Shown: positions 19,082 through 30,313, counted from the stretch's first letter. The stretch is 64,000 nucleotides of DNA from a candidate division WOR-3 bacterium (GCA_037441285.1 JBBISL010000004.1:22398-86397), one strand, 5' to 3'. Translations and numbers: made by a program. The notes: a model not told the origin generated them from the letters alone.

Positions 19082-19892
19082 CAGTGTAGAATGTGTGCTC
19101 CGGACCGGGAAACTTTCCTTGGCGCACTTCATCAATATACGCCTGTACCGCCTGCTTCGTCAGCCGGGCGAGTTCGGCATAACGTTTTACGAACTTGAAC
19201 GGCTCATCTTCAAACATCCCCAGCATATCCTGCAAGACCAGCACCTGACCATCACACTCCGGTCCCGCACCAATTCCAATCACCGGAATCTTTAACGCCT
19301 TTGTTACTTTTGCCCCTGCCTCAGCCGGAACCTTCTCAAGAATAAGGGCAAAACATCCTGCGGCTTCCAGCGCTTGAGCGTCGGCAAGCAATTTTTCTTG
19401 CTCCTCAGGTCGTCGGGCTTGAAGCCGGTAGCCACCCAATTTATGAACTGATTGCGGCGTAAGGCCAAGATGTCCCATCACCGGAATTCCGTAATCAACT
19501 AAACGGCGCACCGTTTCCAGAACCGGACCTGAACCTTCAAGTTTTACCGCTTCGGCTCCGGCTTTGAGCAACCGCCCGGCATTCTCAATCGCCTGTTCCA
19601 CTGACACCTGATAAGATAAAAAAGGCATATCACTTACGACCAGGGCTCGTTTTACGCCACTTACAACAGCTCGAGTGTGATAGACCATTTCATCCATACC
19701 GATCCCGAGAGTTGTCTTCATTCCGTAAACCACATTTGCCACCGAATCCCCGACCAGAATTATATCTACCCCCGCATCATCCAGAATTCGCGCAAATGGA
19801 TAATCGTAGGCGGTCAAACAGACTATCTTCTCGCCTCGAGTCTTTTTTCTAACCACCCGCAGAGTGGTAATTTTATCAATTGGGGTCACCAT
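19068..19892 (-). CDS. panB: 3-methyl-2-oxobutanoate hydroxymethyltransferase
   Basis: [29 protein letters not shown] is the canonical PanB N-terminus. Confidence 0.85.
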   Translation of the reverse strand: MVTPIDKITTLRVVRKKTRGEKIVCLTAYDYPFARILDDAGVDIILVGDSVANVVYGMKTTLGIGMDEMVYHTRAVVSGVKRALVVSDMPFLSYQVSVEQAIENAGRLLKAGAEAVKLEGSGPVLETVRRLVDYGIPVMGHLGLTPQSVHKLGGYRLQARRPEEQEKLLADAQALEAAGCFALILEKVPAEAGAKVTKALKIPVIGIGAGPECDGQVLVLQDMLGMFEDEPFKFVKRYAELARLTKQAVQAYIDEVRQGKFPGPEHTFYTDENR

Positions 19893-19905
19893 TCATTTAG
19901 CTCCT

Positions 19906-20577
19906 TTACCCTTTTTGGCTCCGGGGCGAATAGAACTTTCTACCTCGGTCGTGTCCAACAATCGCCCGAAACAGCTCCTCGAAATCATCCTGATTGCCCA
20001 CGAAATTTAGCCGGTCAGTGTTAACAATTAAAACCGGGGCATCTTCGTAATGAAGGAAAAATGAGTTGTAAAGATTGCTCAAATTGTTGAGATATTCGGG
20101 CTCGATGTTCGCCTCAAAACTCCGCCCCCTTTGCCGAATCCGTGCCAGCAGGACATCAACCCGGGCTTGCAGATAAACAACCAGGTCTGGCTTCGGGATA
20201 TCAACTTTTACCAAATCGTATATCCGGTAATAAAGCGCCAGTTCGGGTTCGCTCAGATTTAGTGTTGCAAAAATGCGGTCCTTATCAAAGAGGTAGTCGC
20301 TCACCACCGCCGGCTCAGGAACCAGTTCTCCCTCAACCAGAATCATCCGGGTCTGAAATATCTCCCGCAACTGACGATGCCGGGAAAGTAAAAAAAACAG
20401 CTGGGTTTGAAATGCGTAACTGCGGATATCACGGTAGAATTTCTCCAAAAAAGGATTCTCTTCGACCACTTCCCGCACCAGACGCGCCGACAAACGCCGG
20501 GCCAGCAACTCTGCCAATGCCGTTTTTCCAACACCGATTGGTCCCTCAACCGCAATGTATCTCAATCGTTGTTCCAC
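19906..20577 (-). CDS. Deoxynucleoside kinase (dAK/dGK/dCK family)
   Basis: P-loop IAVEGPIGVGKT followed by ...ENPFLEKFY..., typical of the dNK family. Confidence 0.75.
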   Translation of the reverse strand: MEQRLRYIAVEGPIGVGKTALAELLARRLSARLVREVVEENPFLEKFYRDIRSYAFQTQLFFLLSRHRQLREIFQTRMILVEGELVPEPAVVSDYLFDKDRIFATLNLSEPELALYYRIYDLVKVDIPKPDLVVYLQARVDVLLARIRQRGRSFEANIEPEYLNNLSNLYNSFFLHYEDAPVLIVNTDRLNFVGNQDDFEELFRAIVGHDRGRKFYSPRSQKG

Positions 20578-21047
20578 TTCCTCACCCCTTTTCGAGAAAC
20601 CCTGCTTAACATCTCCTGCACCGTCATCCCCAGTATCGGATGTCGTAACCCTGGTGCCAGTTCGGCCAGAGGCACCAGCACAAATGCCCGCTCTGACAGC
20701 CGGGGATGAGGGACAATCAACTCGGGCGAAGAAAAAACCTCATCACCATAAAAAAGGAGGTCGATATCAATTGGACGGGGTTCTTTTTCACCACTCTTGT
20801 GCCGCACCCGGCCCAATCTTCTTTCAATTTCCTGGAGCACTTTAAAAAGTTCAAGGACCGGACGGTGGCTCCACAACCTGACTACACCATTAAGAAACAA
20901 CGGCGCGCCCGGCATATCTACCGGTTCCGTCTCATACCAGGAGGAACGTTCGAGCGGACCCAATCTAATCAGTTCTGACAGCGCCCGTAACAGATTAACC
21001 TCCCGGACACCGAGATTCGTGCCCAGACTCAGAAACACTTCCTTCAC
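20562..21047 (-). CDS. folK: 2-amino-4-hydroxy-6-hydroxymethyldihydropteridine pyrophosphokinase (HPPK)
   Basis: VFLSLGTNLG...RWGPR-like region, IDIDLLFYGD, and PHPRLSERAFVLVPLAEL. Confidence 0.8.
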   Translation of the reverse strand: MKEVFLSLGTNLGVREVNLLRALSELIRLGPLERSSWYETEPVDMPGAPLFLNGVVRLWSHRPVLELFKVLQEIERRLGRVRHKSGEKEPRPIDIDLLFYGDEVFSSPELIVPHPRLSERAFVLVPLAELAPGLRHPILGMTVQEMLSRVSRKGVRKWNND

Positions 21048-21082
21048 TAAAATAAGAGTAGAACAATCTCGGAAACTGTCAA

Positions 21083-21310
21083 CTAAGAACCTCTTGAATT
21101 CTCGGGTAATATTTTGCGCACATTTATTGCGCGCGGTCCCTGGGGTGTTTCCAGCAGCTCAAATTCAACTTCGTCATCAATTTCCAGTAAATCTTTTTTC
21201 CCGCCGTCCACATCAGCAAAATGGACAAACACACTGCGGCCATCATCTTTGGCTTGAATCATCCCGTAACCTTTATCAGAATCATACCACTTTACTCGAC
21301 CTTTAAGCAT
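21083..21310 (-). CDS. cspA: Cold-shock protein (CspA family)
   Basis: GRVKWYDSDKGYGMI and VFVHFADV correspond to the RNP1 and RNP2 motifs. Confidence 0.8.
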   Translation of the reverse strand: MLKGRVKWYDSDKGYGMIQAKDDGRSVFVHFADVDGGKKDLLEIDDEVEFELLETPQGPRAINVRKILPENSRGS

Positions 21311-21441
21311 AGAACCCCTTTCGCTCTATTTAAAGAAATAAATCAACTAAGAAAACTTTATTGAAATCTGCTTCGGTGTCAAGCGTTTTTCCCCCTCTTC
21401 GATTCTTATTCTTACACTTCGTCATTTGCCCGGCTGTCCTA

Positions 21442-21469
21442 TTGACATCGTGTTCCTTCCTTCTATAAT
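21442..21469 (+). promoter_or_regulatory. σ70-like promoter TTGACA-N16-TATAAT upstream of nnr
   Basis: TTGACA 21442-21447 and TATAAT 21464-21469. The first in-frame ATG (21478) is 8 nt past the -10 box; an alternative start is ATG 21505. Confidence 0.5.
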
Positions 21470-21477
21470 TTAATACT

Positions 21478-23022
21478 ATGATTCCACTTGTCCCCGGTTC
21501 CTTGATGAAACTAATCGACCAGAAGGCGATGGAAAGTTGGGGAATAAGTGGATTGGTGTTAATGGAAAATGCCGGGCGAGCAGTGGTCGACCACATTGAG
21601 GAAGAAACCGGCAGCGTGGCAGGAAAAAGGTTTGTCGTTGTCTGCGGTAAAGGTAATAATGGGGGCGATGGTTTTGTCATTACCCGCCATCTGCTAAATC
21701 GGAGGGCAAAAGTTGATTGCCTCCTGTTGGGGGAACTTGCTCAATTAAAGGGAGATGCGCGAACTAACGCCGCAATTCTGCAAAATGCCGGCATAACAAT
21801 CCGGGAAGCAACCAAACTCGATGAAATATCACCAATCATCAGCACCGCCCCTTTTATCATCGACGCCATATTTGGAACCGGCCTCTCTGCGCCCCCGACC
21901 GGTATCTTCGCCCAAACAATTCAACTCATTAATCAAAGCTCGGCTTATGTGATAAGTGTTGACCTTCCTTCCGGACTTGATGCCGACACCGGAAAGGTTT
22001 TTGAGCCCACGGTTAAAGCCCACCTTACGATAACGATGGGCGTGCCAAAGTTCGGCTTAATTCTTTACCCGGGAAAAAGTTTTACCGGAAAGTTACGCAT
22101 CGCTGATATTGGAATACCGAAATCGCTAATTGAACAACAGGCAGATACCTTTTTAGTAACGGAATCGGACATCCGGCAAAACCTCCCGCCCCGACGCCCT
22201 GATGGCCACAAAGGAACATTTGGGACATGTTTGGTGATTGCCGGTGCCCGCGGCTACTCGGGTGCTGCCTGCCTTACCGCAATGGCGGCGATACGCGCCG
22301 GTGCCGGATTGGTCCGTCTTGCCTTCCCTCAAAGCCTTGCCCCGATAATAGAGTCCCGGGCTCTTGAACCCGTGAAACATCCGCTTCCGGAAACCGCCGA
22401 CGCAACGCTAAGCCTGGATGCTGCTTCCCCAATCCTTGACCTTGCCGCTAATGCTACCAGCATCGCTATCGGTCCAGGAATTTCTACCCATCGGGAAACA
22501 AAAAAGTTAATCCAGGAAATTCTACCCCGGCTCAGTAAACCGATGGTGATTGACGCTGATGGCATTAACAACCTCGCTGGTGCCGAAGATATCATCAAGC
22601 AGTGCACCGCGCCGCTTATCCTTACACCCCATCCCGGTGAACTCAGCCGATTAATCGGGATTACCCCGAATGAAATCAATACCCGGCGCATAGAAATTGC
22701 CCGGGAAACCGCTCGCCATTTCAATTGTGTGTTAGTTCTCAAGGGCGCACCAACTGCTATCGCAACACCACAGGGGAGGGTGTTTGTCAATACAACGGGA
22801 AACTCCGGTTTAGGTTCCGGCGGCACCGGTGATGTTCTTACCGGATTGATTGCTGGATTACTGGCGCAGGGTGCCTCACCCCTTGACGCTGCTCTTATCG
22901 GTGTTTTTTTGCACGGTAAAACCGCAGATATCGCCGCCCAGGAGCTTACCGAATACTGTCTTACCGCCCGTGACCTTTTGCAATTTCTTCCCCGTGCCTT
23001 TGCCGAACTTGTTTTAGTTTGA
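21478..23022 (+). CDS. nnr: Bifunctional NAD(P)H-hydrate repair enzyme Nnr (epimerase plus ADP-dependent dehydratase)
   Basis: YjeF-N (GKGNNGGDG) and YjeF-C (..GNSGLGSGGTGDVLTG..) signatures. The start could instead be 21505. Confidence 0.8.
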   Translation: MIPLVPGSLMKLIDQKAMESWGISGLVLMENAGRAVVDHIEEETGSVAGKRFVVVCGKGNNGGDGFVITRHLLNRRAKVDCLLLGELAQLKGDARTNAAILQNAGITIREATKLDEISPIISTAPFIIDAIFGTGLSAPPTGIFAQTIQLINQSSAYVISVDLPSGLDADTGKVFEPTVKAHLTITMGVPKFGLILYPGKSFTGKLRIADIGIPKSLIEQQADTFLVTESDIRQNLPPRRPDGHKGTFGTCLVIAGARGYSGAACLTAMAAIRAGAGLVRLAFPQSLAPIIESRALEPVKHPLPETADATLSLDAASPILDLAANATSIAIGPGISTHRETKKLIQEILPRLSKPMVIDADGINNLAGAEDIIKQCTAPLILTPHPGELSRLIGITPNEINTRRIEIARETARHFNCVLVLKGAPTAIATPQGRVFVNTTGNSGLGSGGTGDVLTGLIAGLLAQGASPLDAALIGVFLHGKTADIAAQELTEYCLTARDLLQFLPRAFAELVLV

Positions 23023-24425
23023 TGTTCTCTCTTATCTCCCTCTTTTTAGCCCTTTTTTACGAACCCCGTTACTGGCTTGCCTATCCCGCACTCAACGAAG
23101 TCCGGTCTATAACCTTCAGCCCTCGCGCTGTATTCGTCGGAGTTCCCAATGGCATATATATCTTAGACCACAAAACTCTTACTCACCAGAAAACCATTAC
23201 GGCACTGGACGGTGTTGAAGGCGAAATCCAGCTCTGCGCCTACAACCCTGCCTACAATGAGTTGCTTATTGTCACTGACCTTCACCTCTATAACTTTCTC
23301 CCCCTCACGGGCCGCGTGCTTACCCTTAATCCGCCTTTCCAACAAACTCGTTCCATCGGCATAACCCGGCAGGGTGCCTATTTTGATACCGACCAGGGGC
23401 TCTTTCAGAAAGTACGTACTGCCGACCTTTATCAACCGGTTTCTACTGTACCCGAACCGGTTATCTGGTATGGAGACAAAGACACCTTTTCGCTTCGAAA
23501 CTACCCATTTCTCACCCCTTATTTTATTCCTGACGCCCAGTTAAACCCCTGTCCCTTCCTCAAAGCCTGGCACAACCCCTATGATAACCGGTTGTTTGTC
23601 TTCGCCCAGAACTACGGCATTCTTGTCTACAACGCCCGCACCGGTTGGAAAGAAACCGAAATCCGTATCGGGCCACTGATATCTAACATCGGCCGCATCT
23701 TGTCCGTGCAAGACAAAATGTTTTTTTTCAGCCCAGACCACTTCCTCACCCTTGATTCAGCTGGGAACTGGAACCTATTCTCCTCCGAACCCCAACAACT
23801 TTTCTCTTCCAGCTGGCAACCGTTTATTCGCTACTTATACCGGCTCAACCAGATAGAAAACATCACCGCCATCCTTATGCAAAACGGAGTCACCACCTTA
23901 ATCGGAACCGAACACGGTGTTTACCGAATCGGTCCCGAAGAAAAATCCGCCTTTTTCCTCCCGACCGGCGCCACCGTAAATGCGCTTGCTCAGGTAAATG
24001 ACTCAATAATTGTTGCAACCGGCAACGGTATGTTTCTCCTTATCAACGATAGTTTGACTTCGATTTCAGACCCGTTTGCCCGCAGTGACTGGGGCGTTTT
24101 TGCTATCACCGGTAATAATCGTAAAACATTCTTCGGCACTCAGGGGGGTGTCCTGGAACTGGATTCAAATAACACCTGGACCCATCTCATTCCACCGGGC
24201 TTTGACCTTTCCCAGCCGGTCCGGGCACTTGCCGCGGGCGACCGTTTTCTCTTTGTCGGTTCAAAAGACGGTATCGATGTTTACGACACAAAACACAACA
24301 CCTGGACAAAAATCGTTCTACCTCCTCTTTTAGCGATAAAAGAGCTGTATGCTGATAACCGCTACCTGTGGCTGATTTTCCGGGAAATGGTTGCACGCTA
24401 CGAATACCGTTCCCAGTTACATTGA
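23019..24425 (+). CDS. Hypothetical beta-propeller-like protein (two-component-regulator-propeller-like repeats)
   Basis: Repeats such as GGVLELDSNNTWTHL and GIDVYDTKHNTWTKI. Start overlaps the nnr stop (ATGA). Confidence 0.35.
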   Translation: MMFSLISLFLALFYEPRYWLAYPALNEVRSITFSPRAVFVGVPNGIYILDHKTLTHQKTITALDGVEGEIQLCAYNPAYNELLIVTDLHLYNFLPLTGRVLTLNPPFQQTRSIGITRQGAYFDTDQGLFQKVRTADLYQPVSTVPEPVIWYGDKDTFSLRNYPFLTPYFIPDAQLNPCPFLKAWHNPYDNRLFVFAQNYGILVYNARTGWKETEIRIGPLISNIGRILSVQDKMFFFSPDHFLTLDSAGNWNLFSSEPQQLFSSSWQPFIRYLYRLNQIENITAILMQNGVTTLIGTEHGVYRIGPEEKSAFFLPTGATVNALAQVNDSIIVATGNGMFLLINDSLTSISDPFARSDWGVFAITGNNRKTFFGTQGGVLELDSNNTWTHLIPPGFDLSQPVRALAAGDRFLFVGSKDGIDVYDTKHNTWTKIVLPPLLAIKELYADNRYLWLIFREMVARYEYRSQLH

Positions 24426-24434
24426 ACCGCCTCT

Positions 24435-25139
24435 ATGCCATTAAACCTACCAGTCCAGGCAATCATATTTGACCTGTTTCACACTCTAATATCTTTGCAA
24501 CTGTCAAACGCACCCGGACCCGGCACCGCCGAACTGCTTGGTATCGACCCGGATGAATGGAACAAACACTGGCTTGCGGACCCTTCTGACTATGTCCTGG
24601 GCTTGGCCCCGATTGAGGTTCCGTTCCGCCGCATCGCCCGGTTGCTCAACCCTGAAGTCACCGAAGAGCAAATCCAGAAGACGCTTGAAATCCGGCGTCA
24701 GCGTTTTCGCCACGCCCTGCTTAATGTTGAGCCGGAAACAGTCGCCGGTTTAAAAGCCCTTCGTGCTTTGGGTTATAAGACCGGTCTCATCTCAAACTGT
24801 GGTTGGGACGAAATTGCCGCCTGGAACGATTCGCCCCTTGCTCCGCTATTTGAAACGGTCCTTTTCTCCTGCGAACTAAAACTAAAAAAGCCCGACCCGG
24901 CGATTTACCACCTTGCCGCCCGTAATCTTGCCGTGCCCGCAGCGCACTGTTTATTTGTTGGTAACGGCGGTTCCCAAGAACTCACGGGCGCCCGCAACGC
25001 TGGTATGACACCGGTTCTTCTAACCCGTCACCTTGAAGTAATAAAACCGGAGCGGATTATCGATGTGCTACCCGAAGCGCGGATTGTCGTCCGCACGGTT
25101 AGCGACCTGATATTGATTTTAACTGGTAAACCAGTTTAA
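24435..25139 (+). CDS. HAD-superfamily hydrolase (subfamily IA-like)
   Basis: Motif [11 protein letters not shown]; motifs [13 protein letters not shown]...[18 protein letters not shown]. Confidence 0.7.
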   Translation: MPLNLPVQAIIFDLFHTLISLQLSNAPGPGTAELLGIDPDEWNKHWLADPSDYVLGLAPIEVPFRRIARLLNPEVTEEQIQKTLEIRRQRFRHALLNVEPETVAGLKALRALGYKTGLISNCGWDEIAAWNDSPLAPLFETVLFSCELKLKKPDPAIYHLAARNLAVPAAHCLFVGNGGSQELTGARNAGMTPVLLTRHLEVIKPERIIDVLPEARIVVRTVSDLILILTGKPV

Positions 25140-27553
25140 TCCTCAACCAGGGCGACATCAACAACCGCATCTCCCTTTTCCACCGCCATCACCTTTACCC
25201 CGGTTGTTGCCCGACCACACTTCCGGATTTCAGAACACTTCACCCGGATTACAATCCCCAGTTTTGAGGTAACAATTATCTCGGAAGTTTCGCTCACCGC
25301 CTTGGCACAGGCAAGACGGCCGGATTTTTCAACCGGCTTCGCCGCAATAACGCCTTTGCCCCCGCGCTTCTGGGTTGGGAACAGCTCGAAATCGGTGCGC
25401 TTACCAAACCCGTTATCAAATATTGTTAACAGCGAACTACCCGGTGCACAAACCACCGCACCAATCACCTCATCACCCTTACCCAACTTAATTCCCCGAA
25501 CCCCAGCCGCACTCCTGCCCATCTCCCGGACATCAGTTTCCTTGAACTTTATGCCCATACCATTTCTGGTCACCAGTAGAATTTCGTCCTTGCCCGAGGT
25601 CAAAAGCGTCGCAATCAACGCATCATTATTGTCGACCGTCATCGCAATAATACCCTTGCGCCGCGGATTCGAAAATGCCTCGAGGCTTGTCCGCTTAACA
25701 ACCCCCTGGCGGGTGACAAAGAAAACATACTTATCAGCCGAGAACTCTCGCACCGCCACATAGGAAGTTGTCACCTCGCCCTTCTCCATTTCAACTAAAT
25801 TGGCGATGGAACGCCCTTTTGAGGCGTAAGAACCCTCAGGAATTTCATACACCTTCTGCCAGTAACACCTTCCCCGGTCGGTAAAGAACATCATATAGTC
25901 GTGGGTTGAGGCGATGAACAACCCTTCAACAAAATCCTCTTCTGCCACCGGAACCCCAGTTCGTCCCTGGCCCCCGCGCCCCTGACGACGGTAAACACTC
26001 ACCGGCATCCGTTTGATGTAACCACGATGCGTCACCGTCACCGCCATATCCTCTTCCTTGATTAAATCCTCTATCGAAACTTCGGCCGGTTTTTCAGCAA
26101 GAATTTCGGTGCGCCGCTCATCTCCGAACCTCTGCTTCAACTCCAGTAACTCCTGCCGGATTTCTCCCATCATCAACTTCTTTGAACTCAAAAGGCTCTT
26201 CAACCGGGCAATCTCTTTAATCAACTCCTTATACTCGGCATCAATCTTCTCCCTTTCCAGTCCGGTAAGCCGCGATAGCCGCATCTCAAGAATCGCATCC
26301 GCCTGGCGCTGCGAAAGTTTGAACTTATCCATCAAACCTCGCCGCGCCGTCTCCACATCCTTGGACCGCTTAATAAGTTCAATAACCGCATCAATACTCT
26401 TTAAGGCAATCTTCAAACCCTCAAGGATGTGTGCCCGTTCTTCCGCCTTTGCCAGTTCAAATTTGGTTCGCCGAGTAACAACCTCTAACCGAAATTCAAG
26501 AAACTTCTCGAGCAACCATTTTAAGTTCAAAACCTTGGGTTCACCGTTGACCAGAACCAAAAGAATTGCCCCGAAACTGGACTCGAGCGGCGTCCACTTA
26601 AACAGTTGATTCAACACCACCTCTTTCGGTGTCTCCTTCTTCAACTCGAGGACAATTCTCATCCCCTCCCGGTCAGACTCATCACGCAGGTCCGCAACCC
26701 CCTGAATCTTCTTCTCCCGCACCAGTTCGGCGATGCGTTCCACCAGCGCCGACTTATTCACCTGATAAGGAATTTCCGTAATCACCAGCCGGTCGCGGCC
26801 GGCCTTCACCTCTTCAAAGATTACCTTACCCCGAACGATAAAACTACCCCGTCCGGTTTCATAAGTTTGCTTTATCCCATCCAGCCCAACAACCGTTCCA
26901 CCGGTGGGAAAGTCTGGACCTTTAACCCAGCGCATCAATTCACTTACCGTGATATCGGGATTGTCAATCAGGGCAACCAGCCCATCGATTAACTCCGTCA
27001 GATTGTGCGGTGGAATACTCGTTGCCATTCCCACCGCAATCCCGGTAGCGCCATTGGCTAAAAGATTGGGAAACGCCGCCGGCAAAACAATCGGCTCTTT
27101 TAACCTTTCGTCAAAATTGGGTTGGAAATCAACCGTATCCTTATCAAGGTCCCGGAGCAGTTCCATCGCCAGCGGTGCCAGCCGGGTTTCGGTGTACCGA
27201 TAGGCGGCAGCCGCATCACCATCAATCGAACCAAAATTTCCCTGCCCCTGTACCAGGGGATAACGCAACGAAAAGTCCTGAGCCATCCGCACCAGAGCAT
27301 CGTAAACCGCAGCATCACCATGCGGGTGATACTTACCAAGGACATCACCCACCACCGCGGCGGACTTTCGGAACGGACGATTAGGAAACAACCCCATCTC
27401 CTGCATCGTCCACAAAATCCGGCGCTGTACCGGTTTTAACCCATCCCTGACATCAGGCAGCGCCCGGGCAACAATAACCGACATTGCGTAATCCAGAAAG
27501 GATTTACGCACCTCGTCTTCAATATATACCGGGATTACCGAATTGTCATTCAC
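25136..27553 (-). CDS. gyrA: DNA gyrase subunit A
   Basis: N-terminus ...[19 protein letters not shown], active-site region ...AAAYRYTE... and the GyrA-box-like QKRGGKG in the C-terminal domain. Confidence 0.9.
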   Translation of the reverse strand: MNDNSVIPVYIEDEVRKSFLDYAMSVIVARALPDVRDGLKPVQRRILWTMQEMGLFPNRPFRKSAAVVGDVLGKYHPHGDAAVYDALVRMAQDFSLRYPLVQGQGNFGSIDGDAAAAYRYTETRLAPLAMELLRDLDKDTVDFQPNFDERLKEPIVLPAAFPNLLANGATGIAVGMATSIPPHNLTELIDGLVALIDNPDITVSELMRWVKGPDFPTGGTVVGLDGIKQTYETGRGSFIVRGKVIFEEVKAGRDRLVITEIPYQVNKSALVERIAELVREKKIQGVADLRDESDREGMRIVLELKKETPKEVVLNQLFKWTPLESSFGAILLVLVNGEPKVLNLKWLLEKFLEFRLEVVTRRTKFELAKAEERAHILEGLKIALKSIDAVIELIKRSKDVETARRGLMDKFKLSQRQADAILEMRLSRLTGLEREKIDAEYKELIKEIARLKSLLSSKKLMMGEIRQELLELKQRFGDERRTEILAEKPAEVSIEDLIKEEDMAVTVTHRGYIKRMPVSVYRRQGRGGQGRTGVPVAEEDFVEGLFIASTHDYMMFFTDRGRCYWQKVYEIPEGSYASKGRSIANLVEMEKGEVTTSYVAVREFSADKYVFFVTRQGVVKRTSLEAFSNPRRKGIIAMTVDNNDALIATLLTSGKDEILLVTRNGMGIKFKETDVREMGRSAAGVRGIKLGKGDEVIGAVVCAPGSSLLTIFDNGFGKRTDFELFPTQKRGGKGVIAAKPVEKSGRLACAKAVSETSEIIVTSKLGIVIRVKCSEIRKCGRATTGVKVMAVEKGDAVVDVALVED

Positions 27554-27671
27554 GCTTTGAAATATACTCTCTCCGCCACCAAAGTCAAATATCTTACACC
27601 GTTCTAAATGCCGAATTCAACAAGGGGATTAATAACCGGACCTTTTCCGATTTTCCTCGGAAACTCAGTTT

Positions 27672-28403
27672 TTAACGGAGGCGCGGCAATAACATCGCCA
27701 CCCGCTGGAACTGGGCAAACTCAGACTTTAGTATCGGTGCTAATGCCTTTTCCTCATACCGTGCTTGAACTAAAATCAACGGCAGCCCCAAAACCCCTAC
27801 CAGGAGCAACCCACCCCAGGAGTTGAAAATCAGTGCAATCCCGGTGAGCTGGACTAAACTACCAAGATATCGAGGGTGACGACAGACCTTTTGCCATTTA
27901 AGTTCTAAAAAACGCCGGGGAGAAAAAACGACCTCGCCGGTATTGGGCTTTATCTGGGCAATTTTAATCAATCCGAACAATGTTGCCAGTCTGATATACA
28001 CACCCAGGCCGAAAATCAAAAGTCCCAACACCCCGAAGATATAATGAGTTATCGGAAACTGGGTCAGGCGCCACCAGATAAAGTCGGCAACCACATAGCC
28101 GATATACGGATAAACAAAAAAGGCAAACACCCCCCGCCATAACGGTGAAGGCTCTACCACCCCGGACTGAAAAAAGGGCGAGCCAAAATAATACTCCACT
28201 GCCAGCCACAGGACAAAAAGATAAGCAAATATTATCGGAACAACCATCCGGTCCGGCACCGCATCGGAAAAGAAGCTGGTGAAAAACACCAGAAAATAAA
28301 GACTGACAAGCACCGACCAAATGAGTCTGCCGCTTTTGAACTTTAAAACAAAACTGCTCACCTCTTCCCCTGTGCCTGAAGGATATCCCCGGCATACTCC
28401 CAC
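27672..28403 (-). CDS. Membrane methyltransferase, isoprenylcysteine carboxyl methyltransferase (ICMT/PEMT) family
   Basis: Multi-TM protein with C-terminal ...RHPRYLG... and ...ARYEEKAL...EFAQFQRV matching the ICMT family motifs. The 5' end overlaps the neighbouring gene, so the start is uncertain. Confidence 0.5.
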   Translation of the reverse strand: MGVCRGYPSGTGEEVSSFVLKFKSGRLIWSVLVSLYFLVFFTSFFSDAVPDRMVVPIIFAYLFVLWLAVEYYFGSPFFQSGVVEPSPLWRGVFAFFVYPYIGYVVADFIWWRLTQFPITHYIFGVLGLLIFGLGVYIRLATLFGLIKIAQIKPNTGEVVFSPRRFLELKWQKVCRHPRYLGSLVQLTGIALIFNSWGGLLLVGVLGLPLILVQARYEEKALAPILKSEFAQFQRVAMLLPRLR

Positions 28404-29569
28404 AACTGCCGGGAGGAAAGACGAAACCGTTTGTCTTGCGCTTCTTGATTTGTCTGCAAAACTTTTAGAGTTGTTACCACCTGGTACCGCTTGCGTGCCA
28501 TAATCCGCCTGCCGCGCAATCCAGAACGGGTTTCCATTACCAGTTTTCTGTCACTTTTCAGCAACCGATTTATCTGTTCGCCTTCAAGCTCTATCAATGC
28601 CAGCCTTCCCGGCTCAGAAAGTGCCGATAGCAGCTTCATTCGGGTAATTGTTCCCGGTAATATCGTGTCTCGGACAAAACCGGAACTGTCGTAAATAAAA
28701 AGGTCAGCCTCGCGTAATCCCAGATAACCATCAACTATCACCCGACTTAACACCCGGGGAGTAATCTTGACCCTTGTCTCAACAATCGGGTACGAGCCAA
28801 TTGAATCCAGCACCATTCGCAACGAATCAACCGCCCGCGCTACTTTGGGTTCGGGTTCACCCATCTCCAAAGAAACGACCTCTTTTTTTACACTTTGGAC
28901 CTTACCATTGACCAGAACAAAATCATAGCGTAGCAACGCCCCATCCGCTGAATTCAAAAATACATCAAAACCCGAAACAGCGCCCGAATCTAATATAAGA
29001 AGCGCGGTCAAATCGGCTTTACTTTTTAGTAAGGTCAACAACTTCTGCCCTGCATAACCCGGCAGGGCAAATTTCACCCCTTTCAGGCGCAAGAGCACAT
29101 CAGTTGAATCAAGAAATAGCCCGCTGATTGCCAGATTTATCCCGGCAATTTTCTTTATCATCCAGGGATGGACCAGGGGCAAATCAAAACTGTCGACCAG
29201 ATTGTATGCCAGCACCCGAAACCGTGCCCGGTCCGTTAATTGCTTTGCCCGTTCCACGCCCAACTTCAACCAGCCTGGTGTTAAAAGCACCCCATCAACT
29301 CCGGCAAGAGAAAGTAAATCTATATTCGCCGCGCCATCGGTCAGGGGCGCAAACTTCTCGTCAAAAACCTCACCGGCAATAAACCATAAACAAGGACCTT
29401 CCTCTTTAGCCTGAGAAACCACCCGGCTGATAACCGGCAACTCTTCAATTTTGCAATCACCACTGACAAAGATGGAAAAGCTTTCTACCCTGACCGGTTT
29501 TGCCATCCGGGGTGCACAACCCGCAATGACCAAAATTGCCCCGATGAGAGCAAAAGATAAAAATCGCAC
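28358..29569 (-). CDS. Lipoprotein, possibly a degenerate metallophosphoesterase/5'-nucleotidase-like fold
   Basis: Lipobox signal MRFLSFALIGAILVIAGC; weak calcineurin-like N-terminal pattern (IFVSGD...). Assignment is tentative. Confidence 0.35.
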   Translation of the reverse strand: MRFLSFALIGAILVIAGCAPRMAKPVRVESFSIFVSGDCKIEELPVISRVVSQAKEEGPCLWFIAGEVFDEKFAPLTDGAANIDLLSLAGVDGVLLTPGWLKLGVERAKQLTDRARFRVLAYNLVDSFDLPLVHPWMIKKIAGINLAISGLFLDSTDVLLRLKGVKFALPGYAGQKLLTLLKSKADLTALLILDSGAVSGFDVFLNSADGALLRYDFVLVNGKVQSVKKEVVSLEMGEPEPKVARAVDSLRMVLDSIGSYPIVETRVKITPRVLSRVIVDGYLGLREADLFIYDSSGFVRDTILPGTITRMKLLSALSEPGRLALIELEGEQINRLLKSDRKLVMETRSGLRGRRIMARKRYQVVTTLKVLQTNQEAQDKRFRLSSRQLWEYAGDILQAQGKR

Positions 29570-30195
29570 AGCCGATTATACCCTATCTCAATTTGGTGTC
29601 AAGTGTAATGTAAGCCTGATACCTTTGCGATGTATTAATAATGTTAGTACTTCAGATGCTTTTTGCTCAACCCTGAGAAGGAAATTGTATTCTTAGTTGT
29701 CCCCACTTCATCAAATCAACAACAATGGCAAAACGAGACTGGATTTTTATACCAACGGGCAGATGGAATTACCCCCTTCGACCGATAGATAGTGTGTGGT
29801 GCATAATAGAGTTAATACCTGACAACGGAATAAAGCGAAGAGGGAAGCCGATATCATTGGCGTATTCAAAGCCAGCATATCCATCAAAAATCAGGGCAAA
29901 ATTTGACCGGGATACTATCCCGGTAACGACCCTGTAGTCAACCCTATAATTAAATCTAACAATAGGGCAATTATTTGATAAAATGCAACTTACAATTGGG
30001 AATTGAAATTGGAGCGTTAACCGTTTCAAATTTTTGGGTCTTAATAACAAGAGCCTCTGGCTGAGTTTTCTCTCACTATACGCAACACCAGCCAACTAAC
30101 TATATCCGTTGCCTGCTATCCCCGGTCTTTTAATCAACATTGCCGAACTAATTCCCCCTATATATATGATGCCATTACAACCTCAATTTGCTCGC

Positions 30196-30223
30196 TTGAC
30201 TTTGGTTCAGCGTTTTTTATAGT
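30196..30223 (+). promoter_or_regulatory. σ70-like promoter TTGACT-N16-TATAGT driving tRNA-Gln
   Basis: The -10 box ends 10 nt upstream of the mature tRNA 5' end. Confidence 0.45.
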
Positions 30224-30233
30224 ATTTATTCAC

Positions 30234-30305
30234 TGGGGGATCGTCTAACTGGCAGGACGGCTGGCTCTGGACCAGCTAGTCGGGGTTCGAATCCCTGTCC
30301 CCCAG
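30234..30305 (+). tRNA. tRNA-Gln (anticodon CTG)
   Basis: 72-nt cloverleaf with the U1:A72 pair typical of bacterial tRNA-Gln, D-stem GTCT/GGAC, anticodon arm GCTGG-CTCTGGA-CCAGC, T-arm CGGGG-TTCGAAT-CCCTG, and no encoded CCA. Confidence 0.8.
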
Positions 30306-30313
30306 TATTTTTG

